From positions 21,514,001 through 21,578,000 of the forward strand of contig JBHGNT010000011.1 in the NCBI GenBank assembly GCA_043228905.1: DNA of 64,000 nt, in the 5' to 3' direction. Below the pieces are notes generated by a model. That model made no database searches. It was not told the origin of the DNA and was given only the letters and a program-made list of their open reading frames with translations. This stretch comes from Azolla caroliniana. Taxonomy: Eukaryota > Plantae > Polypodiophyta. This document shows positions 36,300 to 52,800 of the stretch, piece by piece (the stretch's first letter is position 1; each line of letters starts with the position of its first letter). A program made the position numbers and the translations under genes.

Positions 36300-37700
36300 T
36301 AGGAGACTCTCGTAATTTTATGTTAAAATCATTAGAGATGGTAGAGTCCAGTAATATACAATATCTTTACTTAACCAAAACGTTTTGTAAAGATACTCAA
36401 TAAATCATGACACTCCCCTTTTCTAGTCCAAAATGACAACAGAACATCCAAAAACCACCTAGAATCACCATCCATACACATTTTTTGACAAAGACTTTAA
36501 CGATGATCAATGCAAATGGTTCTTAGACTAACTTTTTGTGTAGAACTGCTATGGTTGAGCATGTTGTTGACATAACATAAGGTTTTCCTTCCTTGTAAAC
36601 AAGACTTTCCATGTCAACAACTTCGGGAAGTAGAGAATTCATCATCATATACAATAAAACATTGAATGGAATATTTGCCGGCAAAACAAGCATATGCATG
36701 TTTAAATTTTAAATTCAGCAAGTTTATCTAGCATCAAAGAAGAATTTACTCCTGACTTGAGACATTTACCAAGGAAAGTGGATTCAAATATTATTTTTAG
36801 TTTGTTATTAACCTTTCCTCTAGAAACTGTGCAATACCTATGCACAATTATAAGGAATTGACTTAGAGATTTTTTAACTTGAGCAAAATCCCCATGCATT
36901 CTCGCAATCATCTAAAATCATGCTATATTGCCTTTATTAAATATAAACGAATATCAAGGGTTGGCTGGGAGTTGTAACTTGTGAGTAACAAATTTAACAA
37001 AAGAGAAGAGAGAAACTACACGTTTTGAAATGTAACAAAACGAAGTACAAAAAAAGATCAAACCATAATAATAGGTTATGTTATTCCCAATACAACCTCA
37101 AATCCTGAAAATAAATGGAATCCCAAACCATTAAAGCAAATGAAAAATAATCACCATCAATAAAGAACACATATATAGCTTGTCACTGAACACCTTTGGC
37201 ATATATATGGTCCCTACAATGTTCTAGAGTTTCTATTAACAACATATGCATGGAAACATTATTACCAAATGTCATCGAAGTTGTAATTGTAGGGGGAACA
37301 TGGTGACACCATAGATATGGAAGATCTAGTATTCTTGAATGTTTCATGGAAATGAAGAGTGAATATTTGACTTGTATGTGGTTATAAACACAAAACCTTG
37401 ACTTCTCCAAAGAGTTCTAGCTCGCAATGCACCAAATAGTAGAAGACACTAATACAATAAAGCTAGGTAGATGGTCCAATATTCGTGGAATTGTAACAAC
37501 CTCATATGATGTACTGCAAAGACGACAATTTTTGATGTGGAACCGAGTTTTCTTGCACATATTATGAGCATAAAAAATGGAAGTGTTAAGCTCATAAGTT
37601 GATATTTCTATACACATTGAGCATTGATTCATTAATTTGTACATGAAAAACAAGTCATGTTTTTGAGTCAAATCTCGTTGGAATGTATTGTGGTGGAAAA
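36300..37700 (-). mobile_element. Possible highly decayed hAT transposase remnant
   Basis: Fragmentary minus-strand peptides VFAVHHMRLL, FCVYNHIQ and GVTMFP fall in the order expected for hAT C.AH.LDL / FIYNH / VTRF. Many stops; no TIR or TSD found. Confidence 0.25.
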
Positions 37701-38428
37701 CTCTATTTGTCTAAGGGTGAGACACAAAGTTATTGGGAGAAAAAGTAAAATGTCTCGAGCGCGAAACCACCATTCAAACACAAAAGTTTCTAAGGGGAAC
37801 CAATTAGATATTATTGTTAGCGTCAATAGGGAGGCCAATATTAGAGTAGGTTAATAATGGCCAGGTGCCCATGCCCGTTAGGGTTGGGCAAGGCTTAGGA
37901 TTCCCAAACTCTGTTGTGTCCACGTCCATGCCCCAAGCAAACTACAGTCCAACCATTGGAGAAGGAACCTTCTTATCATTTCTAGCCATTTATTTCTCTT
38001 TCTCTCTCTCCTCTCTCTCTCTCCTCTCTCATATATATATATATATAATATAATATAATTAGATATCTATATATAAATATATAAATATATATAATATACA
38101 TATACATAAAATAGATATAGACAGTAGTAAATGAATGGGGGTGGTGTTTTCCAGTATTATGAATAAAAAGGAAAGACGAGAATTTATGAGCCCTTTTGCC
38201 TATTTTTTGAAAGCAGCAAAAACTGGTAAATAAATAGGAGGAATATATAAATATATATATATGTACATAAAAGCCCCACACACATACACACAAAAAAACA
38301 CCGCAAAAACAAAACCATAATAAATAAAGACATACATACTTGGTTGGTTCTCTCTTTTTCTTTATCTGCTTCATGCTTCATACTAATAATATTCATAATA
38401 TTTATTAAAAAGTAAGAAGCTTCACAGT

Positions 38429-38490
38429 CACACACACACACACTCTCTCTCTTTCTCTCTCTCCCCTCTTGTGTGTGTGTGTGTGTGTGT

Positions 38491-38526
<36 letters not shown>

Positions 38527-38672
38527 ACTCCGTCCTCCTCTGTGTGTGTGTGTGTGTGTGTGTCTCCCTCTCTCTCTCTCTACAAATACAGCATTATGCC
38601 TTAGCTTCTTCTTCCCCCTTGTGTTTGCTCGCAGCTGAGCGCCTCATCGACAGCCAGTTGAGAGAAGCCTGC

Positions 38673-38721
<49 letters not shown>
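38429..38721. repeat. Compound (CA)n/(CT)n/(TG)n/(GA)n microsatellite cluster ending at the SKS start codon
   Basis: Seen directly; the (GA)n run ~38677-38721 abuts the ATG at 38722. Confidence 0.95.
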
Positions 38722-38725
<4 letters not shown>

Positions 38726-41598
38726 GCATGCCTCCCAGACTGCTCTGTTTCTTTACTTTCATGGTACATGCCCTGCTCATCATCAGGAATCCAACCCGAA
38801 TCAATGCTGATTCTCAGCCCGCCCAAAGCACTGCCAATGCTTATGATGCATCTTCTTCCTCTAATAATCGTGGGGATGATCTGCCGTATGAGGACATATG
38901 GGGGGCAAACAAAGATGATGCAATCCAACCCATCACTTGGAATGTGACTTATGGAGATTTTGCTCCTATTCCTACTGCTGCTTCTGCTGCTTCTGGCTCT
39001 CCACTCCCACCCAAGAGGGTTCTCCTCATCAATGGCCAATTCCCGGGCCCTGAGATTGACACCACCACCAATGTCAACCTCCTCATCAATGTCTTCAACA
39101 GCATAGACGAGCCCCTCCTCTTCACATGGTAAGGGAGTACTTCCTGACTTGACTCATTCAATTTCATACATACATTCATTTCACAAAACCAACAGCTAGT
39201 TAATTGTCTAATGTCATGTCATCTTCACTTTTGGTGTGTTTTGATTTATGTTATGTGTGTATGCATGTCAGATCCACTGAGTTACTTAGCTCTCTCACAT
39301 TACTTTGCAATCATGTATGTATGCATGTATGTATGTATGTATGTATGTTTGTATGCCTAAGTAAATATATGTATGTCTATGTGAATGCTTGCATGTATGG
39401 CAGATCTGATGATTTCATCAAAAGCTCCTTCTCCCTCAAACAAACTAAAATGCAAAATAAAATTTTTGTTATGATGAAATTGGTTAGGAATGGGATATGG
39501 CAGAGGCGGAGTTCATGGGAAGATGGTGTGACAGGGACCAATTGCCCCATCCTGCCTGGCCAAAACTTCACATACTTCTTCCAGGTGAAGGATCAGGTGG
39601 GTTCCTACTTCTACTTCCCCACCACTGGCTTCCTCAAGGCCGCGGGTGGCTTTGGTGGCATCAAGATCGACAATCGCATCATCATCCCCTTACCTTATCC
39701 CACCCCAGATGCTGAATTCTTTGTCCTCATTGGCGATTGGTACAATGCAAATCACACTGTAAGACATTCCATTTCATCTTTCTATGTAACAGGGGGGACT
39801 TACCTTCTTTTTTTAAGTCTAAAAGTTCAGCTGTGAATCTCTGTGTCAAATCTTCTTCCTTTATAGGCTTTGCAAGCTCAGCTGGATGAAGGCGGCACAT
39901 TGAGTCTACCAGATGGTATCTTGATCAACGGAAGGGGTCCTTTTGGTGCTTTTCAGAGTGTAGATCCTGGTAATGCTGAACATACATACATACATACATA
40001 TATATATAGTGACATTTCTCTCGTGTATAAGAATGTGTGTTTGTATGCTTGGTTTAAGCTTCTTGATAAGATATACCCAGAGAACGTTTCGAAACAATAC
40101 CCCTGTTTAGTTGTAATGGGATGTTTAGTTTGTGTTCAAAGCATATGGATTGATAATTCTGGTTTATACCATGCAATATCGTGGTGTTGATGTGTGTGGC
40201 TTTGTGAATGATGCAGGGAAGACCTATCGCATTAGGATTGCAAATGTCGGCATTGCAACATCTCTCAATTTCCGGATTGCCGGACATAATTTGACCGTCG
40301 TGGAGACTGAGGGCTCACACACTAAGCAAAACACGTACGAGAATTTGGACATACATGTGGGCCAATCCTACTCCGTGTTAGTGACCATGAACCAAGCACC
40401 AGGTGATTACTACATGGTAGCTACCTCAAGATTCACAAACCCTACTCTTGAAGGTGTTGGGATTTTGCACTACTCAAATTCAGCATTCCAAGCGTCGGGT
40501 CCATTGCCCCCGGGCCCGACCATAGAGATTGATTACTCGATAAATCAAGCCAGATCGATCCAGTAGGTCCTAATAAGTGAATAGAAACTTCATTTGAATG
40601 AAGAGGTAATGTAGTCTGGCTAATATCAAGGTGTGCTCCTTTATTAGGTGGAATCTGACTGCCAATGCGGCCCGGCCAAATCCGCAAGGATCATTCCACT
40701 ATGGAATGATCAATGTTACCGAAACTGCAGTTATAGAGGGGGTTTCCACGGCAATCAATGGCAAACAACGCTATGCCGCCAATAGTGTGTCATTTGTGGT
40801 GCCAGATACGCCGCTAAAGCTAGCTGATTATTTCAACTTGGGGGGTGTCTTCTCGTATGACTTTCCGAGGTTCCCAACAGGAGGGCAGCCTTTCTTGGCG
40901 ACTTTCGCTCTTTTGACAACTTATCGGGGCTTCCTTGAGCTAGTCTTCCAAAATGATGAGAACATTGTGGACAGTTGGCACATTGATGGTTACACTGCCT
41001 TTGTTGTTGGGTAATCATAATCTTCTCTTATCCTGCCAAAGACATTTATAATAAGAAAATGGTGCTTACCTACATACATTATACACATGCTTACCTACAT
41101 ACATTCATATACACTCACAACATTGATGTGATGCCATTGTGACAGAATGGATGGAGGGCAATGGAGCCAGGCGAGCCGAGCTGAGTATAATCTGATTGAT
41201 GCGGTTGCTCGATCAACAGTGCAAGTAAGTGCATTGTTCAATATTCGTATTAAATGATTGAATTGATTGATTAAATGGATTCAATGACCATTGGTGTGAA
41301 TGGATCAAGTTACTACTGAGAATGAAGTTATTGATGAAATTAATAACGTTTGATGGATGGATTGGATGAAATTACTAATGTCGGATGATTGGATTGAGGA
41401 TAGGTGTATCCACACTCATGGACAGCAGTGTTGTTAGAGCTAGACAATGTGGGCATGTGGAACATAAGGTCGCAGGTATGGGAACGAAGTTACTTGGGTC
41501 TCCAAACCTATTTCAAGGTTCCTAACCCGGATGGCTCCTTCAGAAATGAAGCATCCATCCCTATGAATGTCATCCGATGTGGAAAGGCACTCAACTAA
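38722..41598 (+). CDS. SKU5-similar (SKS) monocopper-oxidase-like secreted protein, ~587 aa; exons 38722-39128, 39488-39758, 39867-39969, 40217-40562, 40648-41010, 41146-41224, 41404-41598
   Basis: Signal peptide, WNVTYG, LINGQFPGP, DEPLLFTWNGIWQRRSSWEDGV.GTNCPI, QVKDQVGSYFYFP, AAGGFGG, VLIGDWY, LDIHVGQSYSVLVT, WNLTANAARPNPQGSFHYG, DSWHIDG and LDNVGMWNIRSQ. It lacks the full laccase HxH copper motifs. Exons sum to 1764 nt in frame. Confidence 0.93.
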
Positions 41599-43675
41599 TT
41601 AACTGATTTTTAATTCATTAATCAATTTATTCTTACAAAAGATAAAAAAACTTCTATTGTAATCTCCTACATTGATCTCATTGATATTGTAACTCTTTTT
41701 TTATTTGAGTTCTGAATAGCCAATTATTTAATAAATTACCCTGAAATCACTTACCATTTTATGTGATAAATGAATATTATTTTCTATTGTACTCTCTTTG
41801 CCCTGGCACCAATGAGCATTTACCAAGTTTTCAATGAGTCTTTTTGCCTCGTTTCCCATGCGGGTAAACATGCACCACTATGCTACATGTTCCTATCAAT
41901 TACCCCAGAGTGAAATTTTCTACATCTATATTGTATCACACGATTTATATGTTTATTGTTGTGACGAGTTTCGATGACAATATTGAATCTGTAGTCATTC
42001 ATTACATAGATTTGCCATTAGAATATCTCAGATACAATTCTACATCAAGTTGTTGCTCTGTTGACATTAACTTTCAATTAGAATGATACAATCATACAGC
42101 CTAATATGATGAAACAAATCCCACTTTGTAAATTGTCGATCTATGGAATCTAAATAACATCTATAGTAAACCAGAACGTAAGAAATCGTGTTATAATAAA
42201 CAAGGAAACGTAAGAAATCTTGGACATTACATGCTACAGACCAATGTAACATATTCGCATGCCTCCCAATTTTCTAAAATTGTCTTGATTGTGTAAGGAT
42301 GAAGTTTTTCTAATAAGCCCTCTTTCACTATTCTATAATGTCTTTCACAGCAACATTGACATTGACCACTTTGCGACAGCACAAGTGGAAATGACAGCCT
42401 TATTGTCTTCAAGAAGACAATACTAATAAATGGTAGCCTTACATATAATTCCAACTCTGAACTGGCTTTACAACATTGATGTTGACATTTATTGCACAAT
42501 GAGATGGAAAAGGACACAATTGCCCCTCACAAGCTTACATTAACAGACAAAATATAACATAAAGAAACTGCATGAATACAGACAACTATGTTGTATATAA
42601 TTATATCATCCCATCACCATTATCTCTAAATTGCACATTGAAAGCCATAAAATGTCTCGTGCATTTATCATTGAGCATTATACTTACAAGCAACATACAA
42701 TTTATAATAGTCCATTGCATATAACATCCTCAAACTATTATTACAAGGTTCTATGTATAAGCTTATATCAAACAGTTGATCATTGTGCTATTGTGAATAC
42801 ATTGTGCTTCCATAGAGAAGTTGCAATGAAAATTTCGAAAAACTATTGTACTACAAAAAAAATTGAATTCTATTCTTCGGTCATTACATTTTTATTCATC
42901 AAGAGAACATTGTATTGAACTAGCATATAATATTGAAATTCATGAACGAATTATATTACTTAACTCTTTTCCACACTAATGTCTAAAAAGTAATTTACTA
43001 ACAGAAATAGATTTTTTATACAGGAATCAAAATTATCTCTGGCAACATTTACCATCCAAATATCCTTTTTATAAACTCCAAAGCACGCATTCCCACAAAC
43101 TATTTGAATCTTTGACTAATGGCCTCCCAACACCGTAAGAGATTATATATTGATTTACACATCTAAAGCAAGCTACATATCTAGCAAGAGACTATCGTCA
43201 TAATATCCATTAAGATCATAATAGAGCTTAAACACCTGATGTTGTAGTGTCCTCTAGACAATAAATTTTGATTATTTGTTCATACGAAAAAATCAGCTGA
43301 AAAGTTTTTGTGCACTACTAGTACACATTATGGTTTGATTGAGAAAAATGTGTTCTGTAAGACCAGGTCAAAAAACGAAATATAATTATGAGCAAAAACA
43401 AAGTTCATACATTTTGTCATTCACAAAACATCACCGAAATACAAAGTTCTGCCCAAACCAGTTACAAGGGCCCTAGCAAAGGTCTAAAAGGTCTTGTACA
43501 CATTACACATAAGGAAGACCGGCTAGCATCACTATGCTTTGACAGGAATTTTTCTTTTTGTTCATCATGCACAATTTCAGAAACCCATCACAACACCACA
43601 ACTTTGCCAGTGAATCCGACGGTTCCTTACAAGAAGATCAAATCTCAACTTCTTGTTCATTTGTTCGATCTATAC

Positions 43676-47194
<3,519 letters not shown>

Positions 47195-47389
47195 GTATAG
47201 CTCTCCCTTCCGCGACCGAAGCAAGGTTCAAACATGTGCAATGAAGGGGATGGTAAACTTTGAATGAAGACAGAGGCAGAGAAACAAGAGTATTATAACT
47301 TAATGAGAGAGGGAAGGAGACTGCCCAAAGAGAGAAAGTGGCACACACAAACAACAGAGTGCTCAAGAGAAACAGAGTAAAACCTAATG

Positions 47390-47648
47390 GGGGGAGAGAG
47401 AGAGAGAGAGAGAGAGAGAGACAAAGAGGTTCCTCAAAATGAGAGAGAGCAACAGAGTACCCAATAAGAAAAAGAGAAAATAGGCAGGGGGAGAGAGAGA
47501 GAGAGAGGGAGACAAATAAGAGAGAGAAAACACAGACATATGTACACCTAATGTATGAGATAAAAAAAAAGAAGAGGGTCTAGAAAAAGAATATGAAATG
47601 ACCCAACAGCAGAGAGATGAAAGATGGCGAGGGTCCCAATACGACAGG

Positions 47649-47680
<32 letters not shown>

Positions 47681-47829
47681 GTGGGTCTCGAGTGACAGAG
47701 AGGGTCTAGAGAGAGAGAGAGAGTTCCAAATGGCCGAGTAAGGGACAGAGAGGGAGAGTTTCCGTGGGTCTCCCAGTGACAGAGCGAGTCTAGAGAGAGA
47801 GTTTCAAATGCAGAGTAAGGGATAGGTGG

Positions 47830-47868
<39 letters not shown>

Positions 47869-48060
47869 TAGAGTCTAGGGAAGGAAAGCGTACACAGAGA
47901 GTCTAGAGAGAGAATGTAGAGGCTTGAGAAGGAAAGAGTACACAGAGAGTCTAGAGAGAGAATGTAGAGTCTTGAGAAGGAAAGAGTACACAGAGAGTCT
48001 AGAGAGAGAGCAGGAGAACAGGAGAAGAGAAGGGGGGGGGGGGGGGGGGGGGAGAGAGAG
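47390..48060. repeat. (GA)n-rich leader region of the GSK3 gene, with two ~85-bp copies (~47678, ~47762), three ~46-bp tandem units (~47862-48010) and a G21 run
   Basis: gtgggtctc..agtgacagag.g.gtctagagag...caaatg..gagtaaggga occurs twice; agagaatgtagag.ctt.gag.aaggaaag.gtacacagagagtctag occurs three times. Confidence 0.85.
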
Positions 48061-50399
48061 AGCAGAGGTTTCTATGTGTTTTTTGTCCTCATTCATCTCT
48101 TCAATTGGCCATTACATTACACAAACACACACACACACACACATATTCAATTTGTATTTGTATTGGGTGGGGTGGGGTGGGGGGGGATTTAGAAGAGAAG
48201 GAGAGAGAGAGAGAGACAAACATTCAATTTGTTGAAGGTCAGGTAGGTAATGATAGTAGTAGTGGGCATCATCATCATCATCTACAAGACTAACCATTAG
48301 GACCAGGCCAATAACCTAACTTCTCTCCCTTCCTTAGCCCTTCCTTTTGGAGTACCCCGTCTCTTCTTTCCGCCTCGTGTCGGATCATCCTACCCACCAT
48401 CATCCACATCCCTCACTTATTGAAACCTCCCCCTTTTGTAGCCATTCATTCTTCTGCATGTGTTTGTCGCATGTCTTTGCAACCTTGTTTGCTTTCTTTT
48501 GCCTCCCCCCCGGTTAACAACTACAACGTGCCCACTTCAGTTCCTCATGCCAATGGGCCTTTGCAACCGTCTTGTATGTCTTTCCTCGTGCCTCAAGTGT
48601 CTATTCTTAGCTATGTGCCCACTTGCATCTTGCGAGGTGTCTGTGAACATACTACGAGAACATACTTGAAAACGTGTTTTGTGTTTTACGTTATGCAATA
48701 ATTATGTCTCCTACCACTTCCTCGCCAACTCATTCCTCATTGTCACCTCTTCTTCAAGTCATTCCATAATGATGTTTTTTTCGTCAAGTCATATTTCCAC
48801 GTTGATTGTGATTATGCTTTGACTATGATAAACTTGATACGTTTGACCTCGACATTTTCAATAGAAGCATGCCAAACCATACATGTGTTGATTATTTGCC
48901 AAAACTCAGGCCCACTTTTTTAAGCATGGGAAATGCTTCCAAAGGTCATGGTTAAATGTACAAGGGAAGGTTAAAAATGTCGTAAAAGTTTATTAGGAGG
49001 AGACATGTGTGTCATAGAAAGTTGAAGGGAGTTAAATAATTTGTCATACTCATAAAGGCTTTCTTACAAGGTTGACCTTAGTTCTAAAAACTATGAGCAT
49101 TCAATAGGGGGGTCGGGGTTATTCCTATCTATCGAGATGGGGTATCTATCTTGACTATTGACTCTTGACAATTGCACAAATAAAAGGCACTCTTCAAGTG
49201 TGTGTGTGTGCGTGCGTGTGTGCGTGTGTGTGTGTATGCACCTTGTTGTGGAATGTACCAACAATTCTCATAATTTCATATCATTCATGTCTTGAACCTT
49301 GGTCATTGCATCCCTTTGTGTTAATTATACATCTACTTATATCAGAGTTTAGGTCACCATAACTCTTGTGTGGTGGATGAACCCCGCCCCCTCTCAAATA
49401 AAGACTATCATCTTGTCAATGCTCCCCATTCCATCCTTATTGCCTATCCAATAGGAGCATGTTGCATAACCAATTATGTGGTTCCTCTTCTTTTGTACTC
49501 CACTGACCACAACTTTGGAAAGTGTTACTACCATAAATGGTGTAAAAACTAATATTAGTTTAGATACAAGGTTCCATATTTATCCCTCGTTAATCAAGGG
49601 GCGCATTGATGTTTTTACATTAAGTCACATATTTTAAATGTTATAAGTTTATGGTTGTTGCAAATTAGGTGAATTTCAAAAAACATTTGGGAGACTATTT
49701 TTTGAGCCTTGATGTTGTAAAACTACTAGAAATTATATTCAACCTATTTGATGTGCGTATTGTTTTTTCAAGGGCACATCTTTTGTTCCTTCTGTTGCGG
49801 AGGGAAAACGACAATATTGTGTTCTTTGAAACGTTATGAAATGCCTTTCCATGGGTGGTGCTATTGTATTCTAGATAGTATATACATACTATATATATTC
49901 AGTGTCACAAACCCAGTTTTAGGAGCAAATTCGTTAGCAGCATGATTTGAAACTAAAATTGCTAAGAGTTTATGAAATGCATCAAACTCATTCATCGGGA
50001 GTTGGACCCACAAGTTTCATGTTGCAAAGCACTAACGCTTTGATTATGTATATTGACACATTAATGCATTTGTATTCAATTCTCAGCATTTGTGAGCAAT
50101 AATTTGAGGATATTTGTGTCTCATATGATGTATGAAGACAACACTATTCCTGGATTATGCTTTTTATCACCTTATCTCGTTTGAAAGGCAATAAATACAA
50201 TTACCATTGGAAAGTTTTGCATTGTGATAATACTTGATTGATTCGTTATTAAGATAAACCATTCTACTTTATTTATCCTGGGCTAATACAACTATAGCTA
50301 ATAAGAATGCATTTAATGAGCACAAAGATTGAAAGAGCAGGAAGTGACAAGATGCATTGAGACAAACTAAAAACAAGTGGTTGTTTGTATTAATGTGGC

Positions 50400-52800
50400 A
50401 TACATAGTAGACCGAATATCGAATTTAATGCAAACATATAGCCAAACTACTATGTGTGAATTGTGAAATGGGTAATAGCTAGCTTGAGAAAAAGAAGCCT
50501 TCACATGAAATCACCTTCTTGAGGTTCCATTTTGAAAGTACATGGATAGTTGCATGTGATTCTTAATGTCTGAGTAATTGCACTACCGGTGGTAAACAAA
50601 AAATCTTCAATTTTCAATTTTGGTAACTATTAACTAGGAGAATTAAGAAAGCTATATACAAGTACGATACAATGCTTGTCATAACGATTGCTAAGAGATA
50701 TGAGATAAGTGAATAGCAATTAACAAACATATACAAGTATGTCATTACCTGGATGATGGGGAGGAATAAATTGGAAATCATTACAATGAGAGAGGAGAGG
50801 TAATTGTACAGATCATTAAATGTGTGAAATCATGAGACAGATATTCAATAAGGAAATGATGGATATTCACCAAGAAAAAATAGATATGCCATCTAATGGC
50901 TGTGAGACTTTCACAAGAGTCAAGAACATTGTGATGCTTAAACCACATTCACAAAAACTTACATAACAAGCTTTCATTTGACTTCAAAATGTATAGCTAT
51001 TGTAAAATTATTCCTAAAATAAATGAAGAAGATTTGAGGATATGGGTCAGCAAGAGATGGAAACAAAAAAAACAATACATGCTAAAGTGGTACGTTGAAA
51101 CATTATATTTAATTGATTTGCAAGCTTTTAAAACATCTCCAACAATATATCTTATTGGTTTGCACGCTTACTATGCTAGGATCAGAAATCTCAAGCAATG
51201 GGTTTGATGTCACATTCATTTACAGATTTAATTGTTATGCATTATTTTGGTTTTTAGAGATCATACACACACCAAGCTGTTATAAAAAAGAGAGAAAGTG
51301 AAATTTTAGAAAGTGAAAGTGAGATCATGATTCATAACGTAGTTGAGTAGTGAGAAATGTAGATGGCATTAAATGAGTGAAATGATTTCATGGATGTTCA
51401 AACAAGAAATAAAAAAGGAGAATACAAATCATACATTTCATAGAGAAACACAACTAGAGCATCTAACGACAATTAAGGCACTGCTCTTTGAAAAAAGTTC
51501 AAGGCATGTCATCAACCTTTTAAAATGTAGGAGATGTACTCTAGTAAAATGACAAGAATATTGTTGTGTGTTTCTACCCAATAGAAGGAACAAGACTTGT
51601 GAAACTATATGGAGTGAAGTTTTCAAGTTCATATACATGTTGTAAGAGTTAGTAAGAACGATGGGGACATTAATCAAATATTAAAGGGGGGAAATTAATC
51701 AATGATAAAAATCATTGCATAATTGAGGAGAAGAGAGAAATATATCATCAGTATATGGATACTCAAACAATAAAAAGAATGATATTAGGAAAGCAACTTT
51801 TCCACTTAACCCTTTTGTATAAAGGTAATGAGCTTAGTACCATGAGATAATGAAATATTGAGATTAGTATACTTGATGTGTCTCTGCACACATTGGTGAA
51901 CGAACATCTATAATGATGCCTTTATGGCAACAAATCTTCAATTGTTGCTTTGACATCCACCATATATGTTCAAATGATCAAGGTTTGCATTTTGAATTCT
52001 TCCATTAGAATGTCAAGATTGCAAGGTGTGCCGTTACAAAAACAGTCTATCAACTCAATATTCACCTAAGTAGATTCTCATGTGGGTTGCTAGGTTATTG
52101 ACAACATGTCGTGCGTTGAATAGTTATACGCTTGCATGTAATGGTTTGTGTAGGTTATTGCGTGCATGTCGATTGTTATTGTCTCGAGTGCAACCTTACC
52201 TACAAATGGCTTTATGTTCGAACAAGGACAAACCATGATCTCAACTTACTCTCCTACGAGTTGTGCAATGGGCATTGGCCTATGTCATAGGTTATGATAG
52301 CACTTGATTGTTAATATTAGAAAACAATGCCTCTAGAGTCTATATGAGTGGCTTGTGTAAAAATGTTTGATCCATCGTGATGGTAAAGTAGAAAATACAT
52401 TTTTGAAAAGTGAAAGAAGGGAAAATATTGATGACAACCCTCGTCTAATAGGCAATATCAACTTTTAAATATGAAAACATGATCGTAGTAAAAAATTGTT
52501 TATCATTTTATTTCACAATCACATTATATTCAAGGGAGATGATTATGGGTGTTAAAATTTCCATGGTTGTGACCTTTGTGATGTTTTATAGGTTAACCAT
52601 TATGATAATTGCGAGATTAATTGGAATGTATAAATCACACATTGATAATGACAAGAAAGCATCCTTATGCATTGATTTTCACAATGGATAAAGAAGAGGA
52701 CCCTATGTTCCAACATGTTAAAAAATGCATGATTTTCTAATAAAGATTGAGGTCGTCATTGGGGAGTATGCAAGAGATTTGAGATCTTAACAAAATTTGT
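50400..52800 (+). mobile_element. Very decayed L1-type LINE ORF2 remnant (APE to start of RT)
   Basis: Residual motifs in the expected order: WIVACD (~50543, compare WIVGGDFN), N.R...LLN (~52446) and SLCIDF (~52662, compare LKLDFEKAYD). Many stops and frameshifts. Confidence 0.35.
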
